Assembly: GCA_973895155.1 (NCBI GenBank)
Contig: OZ316893.1
Location: forward strand, 27,029,383-27,091,151
DNA from: Marsupella aquatica
Taxonomy: Eukaryota > Plantae > Marchantiophyta
Direction of reading: 5' to 3'
DNA length: 61,769 bases
How positions within the stretch are numbered: position 1 is the first letter of the stretch; each line of letters starts with the position of its first letter. The notes under the pieces were generated by a model. The model saw nothing but the letters and a program-made list of their open reading frames with translations, ran no database searches and was not told the origin of the DNA. Both the position numbers and the translations under genes were made by a program. This document shows, piece after piece, positions 12,050 to 25,725 of the stretch.

Positions 12050-12760
12050 ATTGCAATTCAGTCAAAGATTTTCTGGACCTGATTACACTTTTTCTGGGTC
12101 AGCTTTCTTCAAAATGGCCAAACCAGGCATCCTCCCAAGGACATTGGAATATGTGCAGATATCGGTCTGCAAACGTCCATATTATAACAATGGATTTTGG
12201 ATTCCATTTCTGCACCTTGATCGCAATGAACCTTTGATCATGTTTCTCGTATTTCTGAGTTCCGGATTCATGAGGAGATGCTGGATTTCTTGTCGTCGAG
12301 ATTGAACTTTAGTACAGTTGAAGAATAAATGCTCGGTGTACTCAAAGTGTAATTTGCACCTGGTGCAAGTCCCTAGTGGTTTGCCCTATAATTCATGAAG
12401 CAACCACAATTTAGAACCCTCATACCCAAAGGAAGAAAACTGTCAATCGTCCCCAAATGTTTTACATTGCGTCTTCCAGATTTCTTCCAGTACCAAGCTG
12501 CTCTTACCCTCAGTTGAGCTTAGTAGTATCAAGTCTGGTCCTAGCCCGAGCTGGATTTCAAACGCTATTCGGCAAAACCCAGCCCCAGTTTTTCCCACTC
12601 CAGTTCCAGTGCCATCCTATGCACTTGTGAGAGGGCCTCCCCAATTAGAAGGGTGATTTGCTGCAATTTCTTTTTCTGCCTCAAAAGAACCAGATGAATT
12701 CCATTCAAATAGCCAACATACAGAAAGGGGGGGCCCAAAAAGGCACCTGCCCGAGCCAAA
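12050..12760 (-). mobile_element. Decayed L1-type LINE ORF2 3' fragment (zf-RVT)
   Basis: Minus strand at ~12305-12375 reads GTCTRCKLHFEYTEHLFFNCTK, the C-terminal CxxC-x8-H-x4-C zinc finger of plant LINE ORF2, followed by IWTFADRYLHIFQ. Confidence 0.7.
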
Positions 12761-12949
12761 CGACTAGAGGTCGACGTGCTAAGACTGGAGGGGCCGGAAC
12801 CAGGGAAGAAGTTGTGTTTCCCAAAGGGAACAACTAAACAAAGTATTTAGAGACTACAGTCGGAGAAGCAAACTCCTAAGGACCGGCCAGTGATCAGGTC
12901 CCGATAGGGTTCCTATCAATGCGTCCATGACGCAGCAATGACACTCAAT

Positions 12950-15250
12950 CAGTCAGTCTGCAATGCAGCTTCCAAACCTAAGCATGAATTGAAGGACATT
13001 CATGGCAGACATGGAGGAACCAGTGGTACTTGAAGAGTTTCTTCATGTATCTCCCACATGCCAGACCAAGTACCATAGTTGAAGGACATCTCATTGTGGG
13101 CTTCAACTAGTGTGGTCTTGCCTGCTCTGATACGGATTCTGAGCCGTGCCTGGTCCCTCTATAAATAAATTCCGAGCTTATGCCAACATTTCCGTATGAC
13201 TCCTTGTGGATGGGGCCTGGTGTGTTCTTGTCCTTCCATATCTTCCAGCATACGACAACCCAAAATGTATGCCAAAGCTTCACCAGGATGTCTCATTCCT
13301 TTGGTAGAGACCCGGGTAGAGACTGGCCAACAAAGATGTGTGTTGGTTGTAGTTGGATGAGGTTCCCTCTAGAGAATGCACAGAGTTGTAGCACATAGTG
13401 AACCCACCTCCAGCTGACCTATGACTAATTGCAGTTCCACATGCAATGGATGATATCTTCCTATTGGTCAGTGCCACATTTGGTTCACCAAGTGGTAGGA
13501 TCAGTTGATGGTAGTCGTGGAAATTGCCAATGTTGTATTGCTGGTATTAGATCAGTTGCCGCAAGTAACAATCCTCGTTGGCCGCACAAAATGGTAACCC
13601 AGAGAGTTTGTGGGTTGAGCTGGCAATTCAATCTGATGGCCCATTTGCGTACCGCATTATGTAAAGTTCCAGGGAGTGGTCCTTGAATTGAGGGCAAATG
13701 GACAATGTTAGTATCAAGAAAACAAATTCCATCTTTCCATTCATATTGCAGGAGGTGGGCAAGCAATGTAGTGGGCCATCTGACTCTTTGCATGAGAGTG
13801 GGAGTCCAGACAGTTACTCTGACCATTGCCCTGTGCAACAGGAGGTTGGTCAGTGGGGCAGCAATCTCAGATTTGTAAAGGAGGTCGTTCTCCACCTTGA
13901 AAGTTTGTTGGGGTTGAGGTGTCATTGAACCATTGCCATTGGGTTGTGATGCAATTACGCTATACCTTGTATTCCCAGATGAGGAGTGTCCCACTTGATA
14001 AGACAGCTTCCATGAAAATTGAGATTAGTTCTCTAGGTTTGCAGTGGAGTTTGATTTTTGGCACAATTCTGAGATTGGCAATGAGTTTACGATGTGCATA
14101 TAGGAACAACTATGTGGTAGAATGTCCATTGGTCCATCTTCCCACTCAGTGAGATGTCCTCCCCCATCCACAACATCCTTCATGGTAAGAAAGCCAGCTC
14201 CCCTAATCTTCCTCTGTGTATTGGTTTCACACTTAGCAAGGTTAGCTTGGATGTGATTTAGATGTGGTTTCCACAATGGAAGGTCTCTCCATCTCTCAAC
14301 ATGCGCCAGGGGGGGGGGGGAGGTTGCAAATTCTTCTTTAGCACATTCCAACTAGTGCAAATATTGGTCCACACACAAGATCCGTTCTGCGGGAGTGTGT
14401 GGCATTGCAAAAAATCCAGGAAAAGTCCTCATCCCCCCATTTCTGCAAGGAGAGTTGCTTGATCTTGTGCTGTAGAATTTGAAGGAGGGGGTGTTCCCCT
14501 TCAGCCAACGCCCAAACAATGAGGTTCCCAGCCAGTGCCCGAAATTGTGCTGCCAAAGAAATAAGCCCAAGGCCCCAGAACTTCTTTGGTTTGGTGATAG
14601 TGTTGAAGTCAACCCTGGACAGAGCCTTCATATTTTGTCCTGCCCACACAAAGGTAGTCAGATCATCTTTTGGAGTGCAATTAGGTTCCGTTGCTGTCCA
14701 ACCCACACTGTCAACATATACCATAGGGTGCTCATGACTAAATGATTGGCCATCGTGACCCTTGCAATTAGTGACCCCAAGCTCCTTTGGACTGTGCCTA
14801 ATCGGGATTCCAACTTCTCGGTCAAGGAGAGTACCATTTGTGCTTCCGATATGCCTTGAGCAATAGGGATGCCCAGGAGCTTGGCGGCAAAGGCATCAGT
14901 TTCCCATTGAATCATCCTGCTGAGTGCATCAATTGCTATAAGAAACAATAGAGGGGACAGCCGGCATCCTTGTCTTATCGAACAAGCCAGACCAAAAGGT
15001 GAAGTCATCCGCCTGTTGAGGAGAACGGCAGAAGATGTTGAGGCATGGGTGACTCTCAGAAAATTCAAGAGCATTTGCTGCAATCTCCCATAGAGCTCTT
15101 GGAATCCAGAACTATCAACTTGTCTTGTCCTTCTCACACGTAGGCTGATACCTTCAGCAGTAGTCAGTCCACCCTCTTCTGTCCTAAGATCCATGAGGTG
15201 CTTGATCCCACAGCCAGGAACCGCTTGAGGTCAATCTGGCTTTAGTCCAA
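12950..15250 (-). mobile_element. Decayed L1-type LINE ORF2 fragment (RT and downstream region)
   Basis: Reads TSPFGLACSIRQGCRLSPLLFLIAIDALS (RT motif RQGCPLSP), then KLLGIPI, SLIARVTMANHLVMSTLWYM and FWGLGLISLAAQFRAL. The YADD region is deleted and there are many frameshifts. Confidence 0.8.
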
Positions 15251-16027
15251 AAGTCTAGAGTCTTTGAGATATAGCATCGTGGGCTGCTCAATAGTGTGCT
15301 GGTAGGGTACCATGACCGAAGGTGAAATTGAGATTCGTATTGATTTTGTGTCAGCCCCTCAGTCCTCTCAGAGTCAGTGAATTCTTCATATTCGTCTTAG
15401 GGCAAAGCAGATTGCTTTGTCGGACTTCCATATCTTCCGTTGTTTTTCCTGTGTACCACTTCCCTCTCCAACATCAACCTGGACAAATGTTTCATCCTGA
15501 GAGCTCGTGGTTGTTTTTCAGAGGGCAGCATTCCAAGGACCCCATCTCCCTTGGGCTCTGCAATAACATGCCAAACAATCAATGCCTTTTATAGGCCCCA
15601 CAAAAATCTCTGATAGACCTTCTCCAGCTTCTTGAATATATGTAAGACTCACCGCCAACCCAGCAGACTAGATGCCCACGGCAGGAGACCCATAGAAGGG
15701 AGGAGAAAACTGGAAGAACTCCAGGAAGACCACAAGCCTGTGATCCAAAGAGCCAAAAAGCCTGAGAGTCCTTGATTCCAATTTTATGCACTTCTGGGAT
15801 CATAATGTGGTAAGTTGAAATGGATCTCATCACAAGTTTGGATGTGATCTAGAGAGTGAATACCAAGTGTTTTATTTTATTAAGATTGACTGACGAGCCA
15901 GGTGATGAAAATCTTCATTTCAAAGTAGTTTTTTTAGCTTTTCGTAGTGTTTGTCCAGTCTTTCCTTCCAGTGACCTTCCAGTGACACAAGGACCCAAAT
16001 CACAAGGCAGCCCAAAGTAAAATCTAA

Positions 16028-16191
16028 CCATGAGAGCTTCAGGGTTCGTCTGCAGTGTTAATTTCATCCTAGTCACATTTCTCTACTTCTTACCTTGCTT
16101 TTTGTCAAAAATATCCATGAGATGTGGGGAGTTCGTCTACAGTGTTAATCTCATCCAGGGTACGTTTCTATACTTCTTACCCTGCTTTTTG
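16028..16191. repeat. ~88-bp imperfect tandem duplication
   Basis: ccatgaga...gttcgtct.cagtgttaat.tcatcc...tacttcttacc.tgcttttt occurs twice. Confidence 0.75.
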
Positions 16192-17465
16192 TAGTGAAAA
16201 TAAGAGCATTCCGACCCTGGACGTTGACGAGGAGATGTATACTTTACTTGCAACACGATTTTTTAATATTTAGGCTATCCTGATGAGTAATAAAGAACGA
16301 GACGCACAAGAAGCCCTTCAGATGCAGAGGTGGCATTCCGACTGGTAAACTGATATTCTGTACACCCAGAGAGTTCAACCTTCTGGTCAACCGTAGTTCA
16401 AGACGAACGAATGGGAATGCTGATCAGGATAGAGAATAGTATGGGCCCAGACTGGGACCAAGGAGGATGCTGGTCAGGATGCGATGTGCTTTAAGTGGCG
16501 AGGCTGAGAAGACTGGAGAGGGGATACTCGAAAGGTCCCCAGATCACAATTAGAGGGTACGCTCCACTGTACACACGAGTCCGCCAAATGTGTGAATCAC
16601 ACCTTTGGACATTGAGGTGTTAGTCGTAAGAGATACCGAGTTCCTATTCTGCTCAACTAATTGATAATCAGTTCTCTCACAACGTTTCCCAATTTTGAGC
16701 ACAAATGAATGCCCAGCTCCAACGAATGCAAGGACCAGCTCCGTCCGACAAACTACATGTGCCTGTGGAGCCTATTCGCGACCACCCACGCAAATTGGCC
16801 CATGCAGTGGACTGACGTTTGCATCATGATAAGAGGAGCGACGAATAAAACCAGTAGAAAAACTTTACAAAATTTTCCTTTTCTTATAATCACACTCTGA
16901 AACAAGGCACCCAACAAGCCTTGTTAGAGATAATCTAAAAAATTGAGCCCTTAATTACAACTGTCCAGATACCTACCTACCTAATGGAGTAAGCAATGTA
17001 TAGCAGCGGAGCCAGCAAATCAGGGCTGGTCATTCAGTGTATACAACAGAAAAATCCGATGCTCGACGTACTTCAGACTTGATGCACGCAGATCCGTGTA
17101 ATGTCTTCTTTACAAGGACCTCAGTCTTGAAACAAATGGGGACCGAAAACGAGGTCTCAGCTGCAGTCAACTGTTCCTGAGATGGCAAATCTCTATCGCC
17201 AACCTTTCCGAAGTAAAACAGTCGCAGTATACTACAACATTCCACAGTTGGAATTGGAGTATCCTTGTGTAGAGCAGCACTGACCCACCACCACAGTGCA
17301 AACAATACGGCCCCCACTTGGTACAGCAATTCAGCCAGGAGTGGTTGACCGTTTTATAAGCCTGACAACCCAACTTGAATTCGGCAGCTCAGTTTAGTCT
17401 AAACTACCGACGGACCACAAAGGATATCCCCCACAGATGACACGCTGGTCGCAATTACATTGAGC

Positions 17466-20400
17466 TCAACTCGTACTAAGACGTGAGTCGCCGTTACGGC
17501 TTCCCAGAGTTTGTCGCCGAGGCACACCTATTTCGCAGGCATTAACCTTTGCAGCGAAACGCAAGGAGCACAAAGATTCATTCAACGATTTGGAATCTGG
17601 AGATATGTTGACGAACATAAGCGTCTTCGAATCTCCTCCTAAGCATGGCTGCCACAATTTTTCACAAATGAAAAGTTAGTGCCTGGATTAAAGGCAGTGT
17701 GTCGACTTGAGCGATTTCTATCAATGTTAACTAAAACAATAGATATGGAAACTCAACGGAGTATGCACCCCAAAAACTTACTTGTAGTAGATAAGTTAAT
17801 TTCGAATTTCGATAAGGAATATGCTGCTCCTTGTTACCAATGGCTAGTATCACGTCTCCGAGGCTCGACAAACTTTTGTTTATGGCCTGCACCGCAGATA
17901 AAAAAGAGATTTCAGGCCAACAAAGTAATAGTAAGAGTACCTGTGACCGAAATGTAGCAGCTTGGTTTACTCCACACTAAAAACTTCCACTCTAAATAGC
18001 ATCTAGGAGTTCCGAGAATCTCTGCCAAGTAGTTGCCATAAAAACTGTTCACGGTCAAACTACACCCGGGCATAACTTAGGCATTACCCAAACGCAAAGC
18101 AGTGGTGAGGGAATATGATGAAGCTACCTGAGTTTCTTTAAGGCGATCACCAGTTGAACAACTACGAGAAAGACGCTCACTTCCAGCTAAATCGATTAGA
18201 TTAAGAACTCCGTGAACCTGTTGCTCCGTGCTCTGCGTGAGATACACCCTTATACAGTTTAGATATAATATTTCAACAAAGCAATGTCTCAAGAATTCAA
18301 GGCCTCAGTCGAAAGGACACGACTAATTCAGACAGAATGTCATTTGAGCATAATGAATGACCAACCTCGTTCGTCCCGGATAATCTCAGTGTGAAGACAC
18401 AGTGGCTGCGTGAGGATTGCTCATTCATAGCCGTTTTCCCAACCGACCTGATTGTACAAATGAAAAAGGTCACAACACTTTATTACTTCGTCCGCTAAGG
18501 TCATCTATATAACTAGTCTCGATGAGAAGCTAGTGTTGGGGTCTGTTGTCTAGAGTGAAGCCTCTAGACAGTGACTCTAGGGCACCACCAAGGAAAGAAG
18601 GATGTGATATCATGTATGTCAAAATGATGTTCGAGCATGATAATTTTTGTCATCGTTCATTTCTATTAACATTCAAAGAATGCGCATTCAGGCTCCCCTT
18701 TTAGCTTACAAACTCACAAATCTTGAGCCACGTAGAGACGAACTGGCTCACTAGTACCTGCTCTGAGAAGCTCGCTGGAGAAGCGAGGCCACCTCCTTCC
18801 AATTGCTCACGTCCACTACAGTCAAATCGGAGACATTGGTGTTACCATTAAGGTCGTGTTTCACAATATACTGCTTTGCTGGAGTGCCGTTCTCGTTGCG
18901 TGCAGAATCGTCCTTGCTAGGACGCGCCAGAAGGTCTCTGATCGTTTCGTTGTAAATTTCCAGCATGGATGCCTGTGTAGAGCTTTGGAAGTCGGTTAGC
19001 TGGACGAGATATTCAAATAATTCAACCGAACATGATACACCTCGCTGATGGATGGGTGTGATGCTCTGCGAGAAAGAAACTTAGAAAATTACCTGCATCC
19101 TAAAGCTCCAACCTTGCAAGGACATAGCTTGGCTGGTCTTGAATATTTGCTCTAGTGATCGAGGGATTACACCCCTCTGCTTCACATCCTGACTCCCCAA
19201 CATGGTATGCGTCTTTCCGGATCCGGTTTGCCCGTATGCAAATATACAAACCTGCGTCAACGAGTCCGCCAGCATGAATTCCAGTTCAGTTACAGCAATA
19301 ACAGCATGGTTGAGTCTGCTTGAAATTCATTGACCAGGATAGCCCCCCTTCTACTATATTTTGAAATATTCACCTTATATCCATCAAGTGCGCTCTGTAC
19401 GAGCTGAGAGATCTCGACAAATACGTCTTCCTGGGTTACTTCCGGTCCGAACACTTGATCAAAAGAGAACGTGTGTTTTTGACCTGTGATTGGGCCACCG
19501 AGATTCATCAGGACTGAAGAGATTTTCAATGACAGAAACTAACCTAGAGTACAACGAAGCACCCATGACAACTCAAGCCCACAATAGGAACTTTGCTTCA
19601 GCACCTTGTTCCGTGATGCTCAAAAGCACAAACTTAGTTGATGGGCTGATTCACAACGGCCAAAAATTTTTACAAACCTTGAGGTTGGACAAGCTCGATG
19701 CCACGCCCCGCAAATTCTGTTGACATGGGATACTGTATAACAGGTTCTGCAGCCCCGGCACTCTCATCGTCCGGCAAAAGAGGACGAACCCTGCAGAACA
19801 CTCTGACATTTCCTTTGAGTTCCTGCAAGCGTTGTGTGAAACAGTCAGACCACGACAAGAGCCCCGTCCACGTAAATATCATTTGAATCCTTTTGCAAAG
19901 ACGAACGCTCATTAAGACCAGATACACCCATTTCTACGATCCGTCACAAATCAGATTAATAGAAATTGCTCTGTCGTAGATTAAGTACTTAGGAGGAACC
20001 TACCAGGATAGTATTATGGAGTTTCCGGCGCAATTCTTCTCCTTCATGAAGCTTGCCATCGGCTTCAATGAGACGCTGCTGCAAGTCCTCCATTCTCCCC
20101 TTGTACTCTAAGCCCTTGTTTTCGTTCTCTGATATTCGCCTCTCCGCCATCTGTTAAATGTATAGAACAGAGGTGATGAACAGAACAGGTGAAGTCGGAA
20201 GGAGACGCCAAAACGCATGCATGATGCCAAATCTACCTAATACAACACATAAAGAGTTGATTGAATACAATTGGTAGTTAACCAAACCTTTAGCTTTTGC
20301 TGGGTGAATTCGAGTTGTTGCCGTAACACCTTCATTTGCTCACCCTGAGATTCGAATCCTTCCTGCAAAACGTTCAACTTCTCTCTCTAATTCAGAATTA

Positions 20401-22783
20401 GACAGAGATGATGTGTTAAGTCCCGTGAAAGAACATGAATTCGATCGATTTTCTTCGCACCTACGTTACAGCAGCTGAGCAACGGTTCTGGTTCATAGAT
20501 TTTTCGGATTTTGGACTGCGCGAAAGTCACAAGACGTGTTTCAAGTAATACCTCCAGGGCCATGGCCTTACTGCTCAACAGATCAAGCTCAGCAGCAGAT
20601 TTCCCCGTACACTCCTTATATCTTGCATTTTCTGTAGACAGAGCGAGCAATTCAGCCGCCCTCTGCTCTCGGTCTTCAGAAATGCGATGAAGGTCGGAGC
20701 GCATCTTTTCGGCCTCCTCTTTCAGCTCCTTATTTTGCTTCAATTTCTCTTGCAGCGTGATCTGCAAATTAAAGCAACCCTTAGTCCAATTTGAACCATT
20801 GCACTGTTCAAATACGGGGAACGAGCACATCCTCAACAACCTGCAGAGTAGAGTCGCCGTAATCTCACTGACAATAATCAATACAACACCCGAAATGAAC
20901 CCAAGCAAAAAAAGCCTGAGAACGGAACCCACGCCTGAGGAAACAACTGTCTTCTAATTTGAACGAGTACACCCGTTCAAATACGTGGGATCAACAATTT
21001 TCTTATTTTAAAGACATATACAAGCCCACCGGCAACCATTGGCAAACTCCCACGCACTACTGAACGGGACAAAAAAAATCTGAAAGCTGAAACCCAACGA
21101 TTCGTGAACCCAATGCCGCCAAAATCTTGAAGGGCACCAGGCCTTCATAATTCCCCAGGGGATTATTCAAAACAGTACCCTAAGCTCTTCGCGCATCCTC
21201 TCGGCTTCTTCTTTTCTCTCTGTATTCTCCTTCAGAGCTCCCTGCAATGCTTTCTGCACAATGCCCCAGTGCACTTCTTACTCCCACGCGCAGCCCAATC
21301 TATTTTCTCCTATCAATTGAGAAGAAACTCATCCTCTCCCCTGTTCCATTGGTCAGTAGGACGAGAACTTTTGCTCGCTGCTGTAATATCAAAAATCACT
21401 GAGGAATCTAGAATGTACCTTAGTTGTGTCCAGCTGATCTTGGAGAGCAGATGTGTGACCACGAAGAGCACTCAACGTTTCCATGATTGCAGCTTTTTCC
21501 TTGAGAGTTCTAGATGTTGCCTCTGCGGCAATGGTAGCGTCACTCTGTAACTTGCTGTTATATTGTTGAAGGCTTGTGTTGTACTCCTGTAACCTTTTAT
21601 TGATATCTTGTAAAGAGCCGACCTGCTGCGAAAGATTAGCCACTTCTTTATTGGTCTTCTCAAGTTCCTCAAGTAAACGAGACGTTTCTTTCTCCGCAGC
21701 TAGAATTGCCTCCGCATCTTTTGCTCGTGCCTTCTTCAAATTCTGTTCCAGAAAGTAAACCCGTTCGAAGTTGAATGAGAAGCGAGTATAAAATGAATAT
21801 ATCCACGTATCATCCTGGCATCAATTCCGATATGAGGGGTAAAGTTCGTGTAATGTACCTCATTGTCGACTTCGGTCTTGGCCAACTTGTCTTCCAACTG
21901 TTTGCACGTTTCCTTCAATTTAGACATATCCTCCTCTAGCTCGTCTTTCTTCGCCTCTAAGATAGCCTCTGCGAAGCGAAGGCGTCGGAGTGTTACGGCT
22001 AGAGAATAGAGGGGACAGGCATGGTGGGGGTTACTAGAATATACAATGAATGAGACATACCAGATTGCTCACGGCTTTCCCGTTCCTCTTCTAACTGCCT
22101 CCGCAGTTCGTCTTTGTCGAACGTCAGAGACGTCTCGAGATCTTGAAATTGGCGGACGCACGCACGCAGTTTTTTGATGTAGTCCATCATCTGCTCGCTC
22201 TTCCCCTGTGAAAAGCATTGTTCATCAATACCTCTACCGGGTAAAAATACACCTCCACGTAACCCTCGGACCTAACGAAGTTACCCAGACATAGTCATTG
22301 TGGAACGGAAGAGACTGATCAGAGGGGGAGATTGTCCTCAACGGCTACAAAGAACTGCCCATCATACATTGCAGATGGACTTGCTCCTACAGCTGATTGA
22401 CGACGTGGAACTAGTCGTTTAATTCGAAGACAAGAGCAGTCTACGAGGGACGATGAATGACGACGAATAAGGAAGACTTTCAGAACCGAGCAGTATACCT
22501 TGTAGTCAAACTTGTTTTTCCCCGTCATTTTCATGCTCAAAAGGGCTTCCACATCAACAGCGTTTACGTTGACAGGAACATCACCTTCCGCCCGGGCACC
22601 CCCCTTCCGGGGAGTGAGGCTAGTTGGAGTCCGCATTAGAGCAGAAGGACTAGAATCAGACCTCGAGTTCAATGCTAGAAATGCTTGCCGAACACGCGGC
22701 TTCAACTCAGACATGAGCCGCTTTTCGAGCTCCCGCCCCAACTTTCGCTTCTTGTCTGAGGGGACATCGTCGTAGTTCTCCTT
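17466..22783 (-). CDS. KIN14C: Kinesin-14 (ATK1/KIN14C-type, C-terminal minus-end motor)
   Basis: 16 phase-consistent GT-AG exons: 22783-22499, 22205-22061, 21968-21859, 21742-21419, 21253-21179, 20761-20552, 20362-20288, 20150-20004, 19822-19678, 19483-19374, 19251-19093, 18972-18758, 18447-18366, 18232-18128, 17886-17782, 17648-17466 (824 aa). N-terminal DKKRK, coiled coil, neck [24 protein letters not shown]-loop GQTGSGKT, switch I NEQSSRSH, switch [23 protein letters not shown]. The start exon is unresolved (candidate ATG at 22906). Confidence 0.95.
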
Positions 22784-23439
22784 CTGATACAACCATGTCC
22801 TTTCACCGTTACTCCAGACCGCATTGAGTTACAGAAAGCACGTCTGGAGAAAACTCATCCGAGATTGGAGGAGGCTAACAGTGGAAACATAGGAAGAAAC
22901 TGCCATCAACGAAGACTACCCCACGACAGATCACCTCACCTCCCTATCCTGGACTACGTACGTCAGCACGAAAGATGCTACGCTGAGAAATTCAATCTCG
23001 TATAAGCTGTTGTCAACTGTCAAGACTCGCGTAGGAAGATACACAGAGCACGTGAAGTGATTGAACCACAAAATCCGACATAGGGCTGGCAGAAGTACGT
23101 GACTACTCCTCTTTGACAGCAAACGTATCGCGCAACTCCAATGCAGCTCACCTACACCTTGCTATATCTCTCATTCCCACGCCTCTCCCCTGGAACGGAA
23201 GCAAGGTAACGTTCGACCGATCTGCAATGTTCCTTCACCGCAAAGGAGGTACGGAAAGAACACAACACCAATGTAGCAGTCCCCGACCCCACCCAGAACT
23301 TTTCCAGGCTCTCCGAGCTCAGGAAAAAGACTCCATGCAACTATTGGACCACCATTATTATCTTATTCCATTGCCAGCAGCAAAAAGGTAGCCATTAACA
23401 AACCAGAGTCTACAGTATCTCTCTACTCACACTCGACAA

Positions 23440-24230
23440 GTCCTTCTTCGGTGTCGCGGGTGCAGACTTGGACTTCGTGGTTGGCTTCATTGCTCTTCTC
23501 CCCCCTCCCTCTTTCTACCACTCTCCCCACAACGCCAACATCAATGCCCTCTCCTCCTCACCTCACCTCACCCCACCACCATCGCCCTTCTTCCTCTCTT
23601 CTTCTTCTCCTTCTACAAACACCCCCTTCAAACTTCAGCTACTCCTGCCTCTGCCTGCATGCATCCCATTCAGCTCTTCCACACTCCTTTTGCTCTGTCG
23701 TCCATCACATTTGCCTTCACCGGTCCTCGTCCCTCGCGCTTTCTCTCGCCACCCTGCCGATAGCGCAGCAGCAGCAAGTGCAGTGCTCTCAAAAGTTCCT
23801 TGCCTCCCTACTTCCCGGTCTCCGGTGTGAATGACAGTCAAAAGCTGCTACGCCCATCCTCTGCCCCCACTCTGCTCCTCTCGTCCCTTTGCTGCTCTGC
23901 TCTGCGCTGCCTTGCTTTGCTTTGCTGCTGTCCTCTGATCGCACTGACGGACTCGACTCCACCACTGCTGCAGCAGCTCAATCAATCAATCAAAGCTCTC
24001 TACTACTCCTCTCTCTGTTCCCCAAGCTCCATCAAAGCTCTCGTCTCGCTCGTTGGCGAAGAGAGTGATGGCCGACAGAACACGAGAGAGCGCGGGACAT
24101 AGACTCGTAGAGTCGAAGCGACGAGACGAGAAGAGAAGAGAAGAGAAGAGACGGGCGACCTCAGGAAAGTAAACCACGGTAACAGGGCAGCCAACCAGCG
24201 AGCCCCGTTTCCCAAAATTCAAAATCCATA
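23440..24230 (-). promoter_or_regulatory. GA/CT-rich, CpG-rich putative 5' leader/promoter of the kinesin gene
   Basis: Purine-rich minus strand, (AAGAG)n at ~24128-24150 and high CpG content directly upstream of the kinesin coding exons. Confidence 0.4.
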
Positions 24231-24257
24231 CTCGCCGAAAGACCGCTAACGGTCATC

Positions 24258-25725
24258 ACCCTCTAATCTCGCCTCGGCCCACGGCCATGCGGGGACAAGC
24301 CAAAGGCCCCACGGTCAGATCCTCACCGGCGATTCCGACCGGTGGTGACCGGTAAATGACACCAGTGCACCTGCGGTCCTCTGGTGTGGTCTGATTTGCA
24401 AATAAATAATAGGGGGTCGCAGACACCCGGTTGTTGTGGGCTGATTTGGAAATAAATAATAGGGGGTCCCAAACATCCCCTGGGGCGGGCATGTTTTTGC
24501 TGCCCTTGTTAGGTTTGGGACTGGTGTAGGGATTACATGTGCAATACTCCGGAAGGGTGGAAGGGTGGCCTGCACAGTAAGGCTGCAGGATTTGACGGTT
24601 GCCCATGGCGAGGGCTTGGAGAGTGTGCCCGTGGGAGCACTTTTGGTATTTTGCCCCTTCCAGCAAGCCTTTGTCTAGAGGAAATATTTGAGACACCCCG
24701 ATAGAATGTCTCAGGGCTTCATCATCATGGGTGATGGCTTTTCCCTCTAATCTTGCATGCCCATGTGAGGGCAAGCCAAAGGCCCCACAATCAGATACTC
24801 ACTAGCCATTCCAACAGGTGGTGACAGGTTAAAGGCAGTAGTGCCCTGTGGCCTTCTATTCTGGTCTAATTTTTTAATACAGTTATTTAATTACATTGTC
24901 ACTAAAGATGTTTGAATTTACAATATTACCATAGTTTTTTTTATATTTACAAAAATGTCATGGTTTTGTTACCCTTGGGTTACCTTGGTAAACTTGTCAT
25001 ACATATAGGAAAAAGTGGCATTTTATAAATACAAAAAAAGCAGTGGCAGCATTGTCAATTAGAACAACTTTAGTGGCAAGTACTTAAAAGCTGTTTGTAA
25101 ATAATAACAAGGAGTCTCAATCTGAAAGGTGCAAAAAGATCCCTAGCACAAAATATGAGTTACAGACTTCCGTCAGGACAACCTTTGCAAGTCGGCCACT
25201 TAAACTTCCATGAAAACCTGTGTGACCTATGACCAGAGAGAAAACCAAGAGGTTTCAAATGTTCTATAGAGCATCTCAAAGTTTCATTCTTATGAGTGAT
25301 GGCTTTTGACCATCCCTCAAATCTCCTCTCAAATGAATGCCCAAGCCAGGGCGAGGCAAAGGCCGCATGGTCAGACCGGTGGTGACCGGTGAAAGACTGT
25401 AGTGTGCCTTTGGTCTCTTCTGTTTTGGTCTGATTTGCAAATAAATAATAGACCATCTCAAAGCTTTGTCGTTATTGGTGATGGCTTTTGGCCATCCCTC
25501 TAATGTCTCCTCAATGTATACCCATGTGAGCAGGGGGGGGGGGGGGGGGGGCAAGTCTTTGCTGGCTATTCTGATCGGTGAAGAGCAGCCCGGAGAGCAG
25601 TAAAAGGCAGCAGTGCACCTGTGTCCTCATTATGGTCTGATTTGTAAAATAATTGGGTGTCTAATTGTTATGGGTGATGGCTTTTATGGCAGCTTCATCT
25701 TTATTGGTGATGCATGGCTTTTGGC
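24258..25725. repeat. Old interrupted array of a ~190-bp unit (4-5 copies)
   Basis: Shared core gtgatggctttt...ccctctaat...caaaggcc...gaccggtggtgaccggt...ggtctgatttgcaaataaataatag at ~24258, ~24708, ~25262, ~25453 and a partial copy at ~25670. Confidence 0.75.
24880..25092. mobile_element. MULE-like MITE inserted in the 190-bp array
   Basis: Left arm agttatttaattacattgtcactaaagatgtttgaatttacaat pairs with right arm attgtcaattagaacaactttagtggcaagtacttaaaagct. The insertion splits the ggtctgatttgcaaata motif of one array unit. Confidence 0.65.

Noticed and set aside
23451-24222. Leu/Ser/Pro-rich ORFs upstream of the kinesin
   Set aside because: Products of CT/GA-rich low-complexity leader sequence; no domain signal.
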